Source of the DNA: Candidatus Aenigmatarchaeota archaeon | GTDB taxonomy: Archaea; EX4484-52 | DNA length: 64,000 nucleotides | NCBI GenBank assembly: GCA_023137195.1 | Contig: JAGLPV010000010.1 | Coordinates: 2,947-66,946 of the forward strand | Direction of reading: 5' to 3' | Shown: one piece after another, positions 21,125-29,372 of the stretch | Layout of the letters: each line of letters begins with the position of its first letter | Numbering within the stretch: position 1 is the first letter of the stretch | Notes under the pieces: generated by a model | What the model saw: only the letters and a program-made list of their open reading frames with translations | Databases searched by the model: none | Told to the model about the DNA's origin: nothing | Translations under genes and position numbers: made by a program

Positions 21125-21391
21125 TTATTTTCCGATATACTCTCTTTTTATCTTATCCCGAACGCATTTAGAACACATATTTCCACCATAAACCCGTGAA
21201 ACTGTTTTCTTCGACTTCGAAAGTTTCTTTAATTCCGCAGGTCTGCGTGATACAACACCAGGAAGAACATTTTTGCAGACTGCACAAACAGCAGGATTAA
21301 CTTTCCTCTTTTCAAAATGAAGAACTACCTTCCCCGAAGGAATTTTTTTCTTAATTCTCTTGTAAGTCCCTGAACGAAATCTTGGATCCAT
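21125..21391 (-). CDS. rpl34e: Ribosomal protein L34e
   Basis: 88 aa with a CAVCKN ... CSKC zinc ribbon and a basic composition typical of eL34. Confidence 0.65.
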   Translation of the reverse strand: MDPRFRSGTYKRIKKKIPSGKVVLHFEKRKVNPAVCAVCKNVLPGVVSRRPAELKKLSKSKKTVSRVYGGNMCSKCVRDKIKREYIGK

Positions 21392-21392
21392 A

Positions 21393-21680
21393 TTATATCA
21401 TCCCCATGTTTGATGCAATGTCAAATGCATTATAATCTTCTTTAAGCTTTACAATTGCTTTTTTCTCGCCCTTGGTAGAAATCAGCGTATTTACTCTCTC
21501 CACTTTCACATCAAAAACTGACTCTATTGCTTTTTTGATATCCTCTTTATTTGCTGTTCTTTTGACTATAAAAGCAAGAGTATTGGTTAACTCGATATTT
21601 TTTGTCATTTTTTCTGTCATATAAGAACATTTCACTATTCCTATCTGACTTATTTTTTCGCTTAATTTTTCCCCTTTCAT
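21393..21680 (-). CDS. rpl23: Ribosomal protein L23 (uL23)
   Basis: IVKRTANKEDIKKAIESVFDVKVERVNTL aligns with the uL23 core. The start is set at ATG 21680 (MKGEKLSE); the longer ORF would run into the repeat element. Confidence 0.65.
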   Translation of the reverse strand: MKGEKLSEKISQIGIVKCSYMTEKMTKNIELTNTLAFIVKRTANKEDIKKAIESVFDVKVERVNTLISTKGEKKAIVKLKEDYNAFDIASNMGMI

Positions 21681-21838
21681 AATCTCAAATAGAAGAATAC
21701 AATAAAAAAGCTTATAAATGTTTGTCTCGCCATGAATCTGGTAAACTATGGGTTTGGTGCCGGATTTGGGGTTTCTTTGGAAAATATAGGACTTTCTTTG
21801 TTTGATGTTTGGTTGTTTGGATTGTAAGGTAGAATGTC

Positions 21839-22036
21839 TTGGCAAAAATTAAATTTTGTAGTCTTATAAAATTTTTACGCTTACGCATATTTTCTGCAGT
21901 CTTACAAAATTTACGTGCAGAAAATAACCATGAAAATCGCTGGGCTTACATAATTTACCGCGCTTTTCAAGGTGTTTTGGTGCTCACTGCGGAATTTGCT
22001 CTTATGGGGCAAATTCCTTTGTTCACTACCGAAACA
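21839..22036. repeat. Inverted copy of the tRNA-Ala 3'-flank element, here immediately 3' of tRNA-Glu
   Basis: The reverse complement of 21880-21990 matches 1345-1465. It also carries internal AAATTTTGTAAGACTGCAGAAAAT-like sub-repeats. Confidence 0.7.
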
Positions 22037-22129
22037 TGCTCCCGCCGGGATTCGAACCCGAGTCCCTGGCTTTCTTTTAAAATATTTATTGAAAGGCCAG
22101 TATCCTTGGCCGGTCTAGACTACAGGAGC
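22037..22129 (-). tRNA. tRNA-Glu (anticodon TTC) with an 18-nt intron in the anticodon loop
   Basis: Minus-strand read: acceptor GCTCCTG/CGGGAGC, anticodon stem CTGGC/GCCAG with loop CTTTCAA interrupted by taaatattttaaaagaaa, T arm TCGGG-TTCGAAT-CCCGG. The tRNA is directly 3' of the rpoN stop. Confidence 0.7.
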
Positions 22130-22330
22130 TTATGCCATTTGTTTTCTATATTGATTTACTTCATCAGTCAAATCCGGGGTTGAAAGAAAAGCAGAACGAC
22201 AACAATAATTTTCTATACCTAGTGCATCAAGCACTTCTTTTTTTGATTTAAACTTTATCTGAGCCTGGTATTGCTCCCATTTGTCTGCTAGTAACTCACC
22301 GCATGAGATGCATCTTACTGGAATTAACAT
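22130..22330 (-). CDS. rpoN: DNA-directed RNA polymerase subunit N (Rpb10)
   Basis: MLIPVRCISCG ... YCCRSAFL matches the Rpb10 zinc-bundle signature. The ORF could start 3 codons earlier at 22339. Confidence 0.75.
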   Translation of the reverse strand: MLIPVRCISCGELLADKWEQYQAQIKFKSKKEVLDALGIENYCCRSAFLSTPDLTDEVNQYRKQMA

Positions 22331-22513
22331 ATTAATCAATCCTATAAAATAAGAGAATATTTAAAAGGTTTACTTTTTGAAAAATAACTCATATTTGTAT
22401 CCACTTTGCTTCCCTGCACCAAACTATATCCATTCTCCATAGAATCAAAATATATTACCATTACAAAATCAATATAAAACAAATATTTAAATAATTTGTA
22501 ATGTCATACGCTC

Positions 22514-23362
22514 ATGAGAATACTAAAAAGAAAAAATTACTATTACCTACAGCATTCCTTTAGAAAAGAAGGAAAAGTGCTGACAAGAGAAAAATACATT
22601 GGAAAGAAAATCCCAAAAACAATAGAATCTATTAAACTAAATTTTCTTGAAGAATGCCACAAGGAGCACTTGTTCAAATTATTTGAAAAAATAAAAAGAA
22701 AATATTCAAAACAATGGCAAAAATACCCGCAATCAATAAAAGAAAAAATAAAGGAGCAGATTGCAGTAGACTTTACATACAATACAAATGCCATTGAAGG
22801 CTCAACAATAACCCTTAATGAAACAAGACAGATAATAGAAGATAAAATTGCCCCAAATAAGCATTTGGGCGATATAAAAGAAACAGAATCGCATGCAAAT
22901 GTATTTTTAGAGATGCAAACTGAGACAGAAAAATTAGATGTCTCTCTTATTTTAAAATGGCATAGAAATTTATTCCTACAAACCAAACCGGACATTGCAG
23001 GAAGATTCCGCAATTATTTAGTCCGTGTTGGCAATTATAATACTCCGGATTGGCAGGATGTTGAAAAATTAATGAAAGAATTAATTGAATTTTACAAAAA
23101 GAACGACAAAATGAATACAGTTGAACTTGCATCAAGGATGCACTATCGTTTCGAAAAAATACATCCGTTCGGAGATGGCAATGGAAGAGTAGGCAGATTA
23201 ATAATGAACTACATTTTAATCATTAATAATTACCCTGTACTTATGATTAAATACACCAAAAGGCAGTTTTATTACAATGCTTTGCAAAAAGACGAAAACA
23301 GGTTTTTCAATTATTTCGCAAAAAGATACCTGAAAATGTACATGAAATACGCATGTGATTAA
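22514..23362 (+). CDS. Fic/DOC-family protein (AMPylation fold) with an intrinsic inhibitory helix
   Basis: Fic motif HPFGDGNGRVGR and an N-terminal TNAIEG inhibitory (S/T)xxxE(G/N) motif. Confidence 0.75.
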   Translation: MRILKRKNYYYLQHSFRKEGKVLTREKYIGKKIPKTIESIKLNFLEECHKEHLFKLFEKIKRKYSKQWQKYPQSIKEKIKEQIAVDFTYNTNAIEGSTITLNETRQIIEDKIAPNKHLGDIKETESHANVFLEMQTETEKLDVSLILKWHRNLFLQTKPDIAGRFRNYLVRVGNYNTPDWQDVEKLMKELIEFYKKNDKMNTVELASRMHYRFEKIHPFGDGNGRVGRLIMNYILIINNYPVLMIKYTKRQFYYNALQKDENRFFNYFAKRYLKMYMKYACD

Positions 23363-23602
23363 AATAGGCATATTCATATGAACTTCCGTACACCTTCACT
23401 TCCTGTGGAACTTTCAGACACCTCTATTTCCTATGGAAAAACGATTCACATGAAAGTATGAAGTTAAAATGAAATTAAAAATAACATAACAATACATTCA
23501 CTCCTGTCTTTATGTACCGGATAACCAGATAAATGAACTACATGAACTCAAAAGTGAACTAAAAAAACCATAAAACAGCCCTCCTATGAACCAGTGTAGT
23601 TT

Positions 23603-24925
23603 TTAGAAAGGAATATATTTCATAATAAAAGGACCTGCAAAATTAAACAAAATGACAAAGAGTGTAATCAAAGACACCCTGTATGAAATCTTTGCAGCTC
23701 TTTTTGCAGTTGTAATTTTTTTCATCAGCTCTTCAAACATAAATCCACCATCCAGAGGAAGCCCCACCTTTATAGGAAGCAGGTTCACAAGCGCAATAGC
23801 AAATGAAATAAACCATATCCAGAACAAATACATATACGCCCCGTTAATTAACCATATCATAAAACCCCCGACCGCACCGGCTCCCGCCAAAAATAAAGCA
23901 TAATCCGGCTTCAAAGACATATGTGTTGAGAACCTGTCTCTTTTTATTCCCATAAACGGCAGAGAACTATTCTGTGGACTGGACGCAAGCATAAGCATAT
24001 ACTCCTTATTATTGACCGTTACATCAATTGTCTGGTTTGGCGAGCAGTTAAGAATAGTATTATAAAAACTATAATCTCCGCTAATTGTAACATTATTCAT
24101 CTTAGTAATAGTCCCTTTCTCGGGCAATACCACAGAAGGCATATCCGAAACAAGCCCATTGTAATCAAACCCGCTGGGTGCATAAAGAAAAGAAGTAAGC
24201 ATCAATACAATCACAGTACATACGATATTGGAAAAAGAACCCGCTGAATACACGCGTGACTTAACAATAGAATCTGCCTTTTTTAATTTCGCCTCATCTG
24301 GTTCTGCAAAACCAAGAGGCAAAAACGCCAGGAATCCATAACCAACAGACTTTACTTTAATGTTATGGGCAACAGACACAAAAGCATGTGAAAATTCGTG
24401 AATCACAACAATGACGAATATTGCACTCAAAAAATATTCAAGAGGTATATAAAATATAGGCGCACCGGAAATTTCAACAGGAAGTGCAAGTTGCACAGCA
24501 GGAACAGTTAATTCTTTCATAACAATAGCTCTTGCAGACTCCAGCAACAATGTAAATGTTGCCCCGGATGCACCAAGCAACGTAAGAATAATCGCCGCAA
24601 CAGGACTTTCAAAAACACCGGTCAAAAATACAAATGAAAGCAAGGCGGCAAACACAAGAAAAAGATCTGACCATCTCTTGTATTTTTTTTCAGCAAACAC
24701 ATACCACAGTCCTGTTATTCCAAATGTAAAAATAATACCCATATCCCCAAAAATCTTAAAGAATTTTTTGTGTTTTAATCCAAAATTATTCAAAAAAGAT
24801 ATGCCTTTTCGAATCTTACGAATATACATCAAAGGAGCTTCTTTCGTAAAATTTTTCCTGTCAAACAAATATATTGCCCCAAACAAGACAACCAAAAAAA
24901 TCAAAGTTTCGTAATTATTCATCAT
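23603..24925 (-). CDS. M50 site-2 protease-family membrane metalloprotease
   Basis: HEFSH zinc motif inside a TM helix, plus an NLLPI ... LDGG motif. Confidence 0.65.
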   Translation of the reverse strand: MMNNYETLIFLVVLFGAIYLFDRKNFTKEAPLMYIRKIRKGISFLNNFGLKHKKFFKIFGDMGIIFTFGITGLWYVFAEKKYKRWSDLFLVFAALLSFVFLTGVFESPVAAIILTLLGASGATFTLLLESARAIVMKELTVPAVQLALPVEISGAPIFYIPLEYFLSAIFVIVVIHEFSHAFVSVAHNIKVKSVGYGFLAFLPLGFAEPDEAKLKKADSIVKSRVYSAGSFSNIVCTVIVLMLTSFLYAPSGFDYNGLVSDMPSVVLPEKGTITKMNNVTISGDYSFYNTILNCSPNQTIDVTVNNKEYMLMLASSPQNSSLPFMGIKRDRFSTHMSLKPDYALFLAGAGAVGGFMIWLINGAYMYLFWIWFISFAIALVNLLPIKVGLPLDGGFMFEELMKKITTAKRAAKISYRVSLITLFVILFNFAGPFIMKYIPF

Positions 24926-24928
24926 TTA

Positions 24929-25981
24929 TCACTTTATTTCCTTTTTGTAAATTGTCTGTATTGGGAATGGAATCTCAATACCTGCTTTTTTAAATTCTTT
25001 ATTGATTTGCACATTCAATTTATCTTTAGCAGTAAATTGCTTATAAGGACTTTCCACCCATGTTATCAAAAGAAAGTTTAAGCTAAAATCACCATGATCT
25101 GTAAAGAACACGCCGGGAGCAGGATTATCCAAAATAAGATCCACATTTTTTGCGCATTTAAGCAGTGTTTTTTTAACCAGCTCAATATCTGTACCATATT
25201 CAACACCAATAGGAATTTTTACTTTGATATTTGCCTTTGGCTCGTCGTAATTTATTATCTTGGAATTTGCAATGACATTGTTGGGGATTACCAGTATTGT
25301 CTCATCAAATGTCTTTATACGTGTGCTTCTCAGCCCGATTTCCACAACATCCCCTATATTGCCATCATCAAGCTTTATCCTGTTTCCCACTTTAAATGGC
25401 TTGTCTGCATATACTGAAAGTCCGCCAAAAATATTGCTAAGAGTATCTTTTGAAGCAAAAGCAATCGCAAATCCGGCAATACCTGCAGATGCAAGCAGTG
25501 GAGCTATATCAATATTCCATATCATGAAAAATACACCCAAAAACAAAAAAATAAGAATTAGATTAATCATGTTTTTTGCCAACGGGAGGAGTTCATCATC
25601 AAGCTTTGTTTTTGTTTTGGAAACCAGTTTAGGGGCAATATCTATCATTAATATCTTTGACAAACGAAAACCTGCAAGTGTCCAGATTAAAAGAGCCATT
25701 GTCTTCAAAATATCCGCACTAAATGTAACTTTTCCCGCGCTTATACCAAACATCCCTATCGCAAAATAGAATCCTGCCAGAACAAAAGAAAAATACAGCG
25801 GCTTTTTTACAACAGCAATTATCTTATCGTCAATATCTGTCTTTGTTTTTCTTGTAAAGCCAAGCAATGTTTTTTCAAGCAGAAAATTTACTAGAAGTCC
25901 AATCAGGCAAAAAAGAAAAAAAACCACAAATCCGTCAAAAACATTGTTTTTACCAAAAAGATTTATGAATTCATTAAGCAT
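24929..25981 (-). CDS. MscS-family mechanosensitive channel
   Basis: TM region followed by the conserved PFKVGNRIKLDDGNIGDVVEI ... TRIKT beta-domain. Confidence 0.7.
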   Translation of the reverse strand: MLNEFINLFGKNNVFDGFVVFFLFCLIGLLVNFLLEKTLLGFTRKTKTDIDDKIIAVVKKPLYFSFVLAGFYFAIGMFGISAGKVTFSADILKTMALLIWTLAGFRLSKILMIDIAPKLVSKTKTKLDDELLPLAKNMINLILIFLFLGVFFMIWNIDIAPLLASAGIAGFAIAFASKDTLSNIFGGLSVYADKPFKVGNRIKLDDGNIGDVVEIGLRSTRIKTFDETILVIPNNVIANSKIINYDEPKANIKVKIPIGVEYGTDIELVKKTLLKCAKNVDLILDNPAPGVFFTDHGDFSLNFLLITWVESPYKQFTAKDKLNVQINKEFKKAGIEIPFPIQTIYKKEIK

Positions 25982-26054
25982 AAATAATTAATATAAAAGA
26001 AAGTTTATATACTTATTTAGCATGAAAATAAGAATAAACAAATATTGATTATAT

Positions 26055-26552
26055 ATGACAGATTTATTAATAATAATTGACATGCAGGAAGGATTCAGAT
26101 GCAAATTGTCAGAACAAATAATCCCCAACATCAATCACCTGATTAAAAAATTCAATGGAAACATTGTATTTTCATGCTTTAAAAACCAAAACAAGAGTAT
26201 GTTTGAGACTGCACTGAAATGGAAGTCATTTCAAAACAAAGAGGAAAGAGCCACATTGGGTGAATTAAAAAAATACGAATTTTCTGTTTACTGGCATGAT
26301 TCTTATACAATTCTCAACAAGAAACTCATAGATTACATCAATGAAAATAAATTCAACAATATTTATTTATGTGGAATATACACTGATGTTTGCATAATAA
26401 AAGCCGCTATGGATGGTTTTGATTGTAATTTAAACATGAAAGTGGTTGCGGACTGCTGTATGTCTTTACATTCACAAAATCACCACAAAACAACAATTGA
26501 CAGTATCAAACATATTATTGGAAAAAACAATGTTGTTAACACTATTGTTTAA
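26055..26552 (+). CDS. Isochorismatase-family cysteine hydrolase
   Basis: LLIIDMQ N-terminus and a CGIYTDVCI catalytic-Cys region. Confidence 0.6.
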   Translation: MTDLLIIIDMQEGFRCKLSEQIIPNINHLIKKFNGNIVFSCFKNQNKSMFETALKWKSFQNKEERATLGELKKYEFSVYWHDSYTILNKKLIDYINENKFNNIYLCGIYTDVCIIKAAMDGFDCNLNMKVVADCCMSLHSQNHHKTTIDSIKHIIGKNNVVNTIV

Positions 26553-26589
26553 ACACCATATTTTTATACTTACTCGCCTTATTAATAAT

Positions 26590-27351
26590 ATGTTTCAAAA
26601 AAAATCAGGAACTTTTTCCTGTAAAACCACCCCTACTAATAAAAACGCTTTTTCTGTGCACTGTAAAAGACGCAAAGCCCAAATTTTCATATCTTTCATT
26701 GTCGGAACAGGCATATTCTTAAGTGTTTGCTTTGCTGCAGCTATGCTCGTAAGCAACACATCTCCTGTCATCATAAATGACTTGGACAAACAAAAAGAGG
26801 ATCTTTCTTTTTTTTCATTTACGCACAGAGTTATGGGAAATATATCTGAAGGAGAAACATTAATCGAAGAAAGCAGAGATTTATTGTCTGACTGCACTCT
26901 ATTGGACATGAACGACCCCAACTCCATAAATAACCACACCTATATCAAAAAGATATTTGAAATAGAAAACGCATATAATATAGAATTAAACGAACACCCT
27001 GTTGCAGTAACAACAACGCCAAGTGGAAGTAGTGGTGATTATACGGGAATCTTTGTTATTGAGGGGAAAACTATAACTGTAATTGTCAAAGGTCTTGCTT
27101 ATACCCAGGTATTTTTAGATGATGGAGGTATACCAGAAGGACCATTTGCCAAGGGGGGGGAAACAGATGCGTTCACTAATAAACCAATATACGTAGAAAA
27201 AATAGACGAGGAAGGGCAATTCGTAATATTCAAAAAACAATTGGTAAACTGCGGAAATTACCCGGACAAATATGCTTTATTCCAGGAAACAAACAGATAT
27301 CTGGTTTCAGAAGACAAAAACATAATTTCCGTCAAACTGAGTTTGTGGTAA
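26590..27351 (+). CDS. Hypothetical membrane-anchored extracytoplasmic protein
   Basis: Start chosen at ATG 26590, after the upstream stop. One N-terminal TM helix. Contains the G8 homopolymer. Confidence 0.4.
   Translation: MFQKKSGTFSCKTTPTNKNAFSVHCKRRKAQIFISFIVGTGIFLSVCFAAAMLVSNTSPVIINDLDKQKEDLSFFSFTHRVMGNISEGETLIEESRDLLSDCTLLDMNDPNSINNHTYIKKIFEIENAYNIELNEHPVAVTTTPSGSSGDYTGIFVIEGKTITVIVKGLAYTQVFLDDGGIPEGPFAKGGETDAFTNKPIYVEKIDEEGQFVIFKKQLVNCGNYPDKYALFQETNRYLVSEDKNIISVKLSLW
27153..27160. repeat. Poly-G homopolymer (8 G) inside a CDS
   Basis: A G8 run encoding KGGE; highly atypical for this AT-rich sequence. Confidence 0.6.
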
Positions 27352-27442
27352 ATTACTCTTTACTTCCGGAGTTCAATGCATAAATCTCAACTCTGGTGTG
27401 TGTTTAGTTCCCTGATTTCAGGCAACATCCTTTAACAGTTAC

Positions 27443-27703
27443 TTACCAGTCAATGTCGCCTAATTCCTTATCAATATTATCCAAATCACTATCTTCCAAC
27501 TCAGTCTGCACTTCATCAATCTCCCCTACATCTATAGCCAAATCACCATCTGTGGTAGTATCTACTATTGTATCTGAAGGTGTGCTATCTGACACATCTG
27601 GCGTCGTACCTGTATTATCTACATTTCTATTCGCGCATCCTGCTATTGCAAAGACAAGAGTCAACACCATCATCAAAGCGATTAATTTCATTATTTTTTC
27701 CAT
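27443..27703 (-). CDS. Small acidic putative lipoprotein
   Basis: Signal peptide with an IAGC lipobox-like motif, then a D/E/T-rich tail. Confidence 0.4.
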   Translation of the reverse strand: MEKIMKLIALMMVLTLVFAIAGCANRNVDNTGTTPDVSDSTPSDTIVDTTTDGDLAIDVGEIDEVQTELEDSDLDNIDKELGDIDW

Positions 27704-27728
27704 ACTATCATCATCTCCTTAATATTAT

Positions 27729-29315
27729 TTATAATTCCTCGGTTATATCAACAACTTCATATTGTTCATCAACTGCAAGTTCTGTATCTACTGCCCCACT
27801 GGCAGTCTTGATAATTTTTCCTTTCGATTTCCTGATTTCTTTTGCAATCTCGACAACAAGTTTGTGTGCCTTTCTCAAATCATCATGCACTAACTTCACA
27901 AGTTTCTGTGCTTCAGTCATTTTTGTTTTTATCTCGCCCTTTTGCTCATCAGTTAAATTTGCATTATCCTTCCTGATTTCATATGCCTCTTTAATCAATT
28001 CTTCCGCCTGTTTATAATTCTCGTGAGCATCGCTTATATGCTGACTGTATTGGTCTATTTTTTCATCTATTGCACTTGTATTTATTCCCTCTTCCTGCAT
28101 TTTTGAAACAGACCTGTCAAATATTTCTTCCAGATGCTCTGCTCTTTTTATAAGACCCCATACCTTTGCATGGACAAGTCTTGCTCTCCATACCTGTTCA
28201 GCATGTCTTGTTTTAGCCCATATTTCCCTTACTGTAGCTGCTGCCTCTTTCACCTCTTCTTTTGTCTGGGCACCGTCTGCCTGTGTCTTTGCATTCTCCA
28301 GTTCAGAAATCGCAGAATCAATGTTTGCAATAATTTCATCTGCTCTCGTCTGGTTTATCTCTTCTGCCCTCTCAAGAGAGTATTTAATCTTATTCAAATG
28401 ATTAATTAACCTCTCTGCACTCTTGGCAACCACTTCTTTTGCATGTTCCTGTGCCTGATTTCTCAATTCCTCGCATTCTGTTGTATTGGAATCATTGCAT
28501 TGGGCTAATTTTGTCTTCACCGCAACGAATTTCGAATATCTATCCTTATATTCGTTATTTATTTTCATATAATTTTGTTTGGCAAGCTTGAAATCCTTTT
28601 CCGCTTTCAGAAGTTTCTCCTTTGCTATAACTCTCTTTTTATTCACCAACTCTTTTTTTGTTTTTACAAGCTGGTAATTACTAATTCTTTTCTGCATTTC
28701 ATCATTGTTAAGCTTCAACAGATTTTCCTGCTGGGCTCTTGAAAGATAAGTGAATACTTTTGCCTCTTTATCCGATAATGCTTCTATTTTTGCCTCTGCA
28801 CCGGGATTTTTATTGACAACACCGTCTATTTTTCTCAATCTCCAGTCTGCTACTTTTTCCCCAACGGCAGCACCCAACATAGTCCTGCTCCTTATAGTTG
28901 CAACATTAACATTTGAACCCCTTACAATGTCTGATGTAGTTGTAATTTGCGCTGTAGTCACAAACAATTTACTGCACACAATAACAGGGTGTTCAACACC
29001 CTTTTCCTTCAGAAATTCAGCGCAATTTAACTCTTTTTTCAACATCCTGCCACAAAGCACTGCCGGGTCGTCTGCAAGATTATTATTTTTTACATAAGTT
29101 ATGCATTTTGCCAACATTGGTTCTGATGTTGCAACAAGTCTATCTACCATTTGAACCCCTGATCTCAAAATAGGTTCTGTATCTGCACTTGTCAGAGCCA
29201 CATCACCAGTATCCTCTCCATCAACACCATCTGCATCTACAACTGCCAAAGCAAAAGGCACCATAGCAACTGCAATCATCATAATCGTCATCAAAAAAAT
29301 AGATTTCATTTTCAT
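27729..29315 (-). CDS. Secreted alpha-helical coiled-coil protein, unknown function
   Basis: 528 aa with an N-terminal signal/TM helix and a long predicted-helical charged region. Confidence 0.45.
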   Translation of the reverse strand: MKMKSIFLMTIMMIAVAMVPFALAVVDADGVDGEDTGDVALTSADTEPILRSGVQMVDRLVATSEPMLAKCITYVKNNNLADDPAVLCGRMLKKELNCAEFLKEKGVEHPVIVCSKLFVTTAQITTTSDIVRGSNVNVATIRSRTMLGAAVGEKVADWRLRKIDGVVNKNPGAEAKIEALSDKEAKVFTYLSRAQQENLLKLNNDEMQKRISNYQLVKTKKELVNKKRVIAKEKLLKAEKDFKLAKQNYMKINNEYKDRYSKFVAVKTKLAQCNDSNTTECEELRNQAQEHAKEVVAKSAERLINHLNKIKYSLERAEEINQTRADEIIANIDSAISELENAKTQADGAQTKEEVKEAAATVREIWAKTRHAEQVWRARLVHAKVWGLIKRAEHLEEIFDRSVSKMQEEGINTSAIDEKIDQYSQHISDAHENYKQAEELIKEAYEIRKDNANLTDEQKGEIKTKMTEAQKLVKLVHDDLRKAHKLVVEIAKEIRKSKGKIIKTASGAVDTELAVDEQYEVVDITEEL

Positions 29316-29372
29316 ATTAAATCACTTGTATTATTTATTGTGCATTATTATTTATAAACATTACCCTACTCT

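Noticed and set aside
27153-27160. G8 tract as a sequencing or assembly artefact
   Set aside because: This cannot be excluded from sequence alone. It is kept as a finding because the reading frame is intact through the tract.
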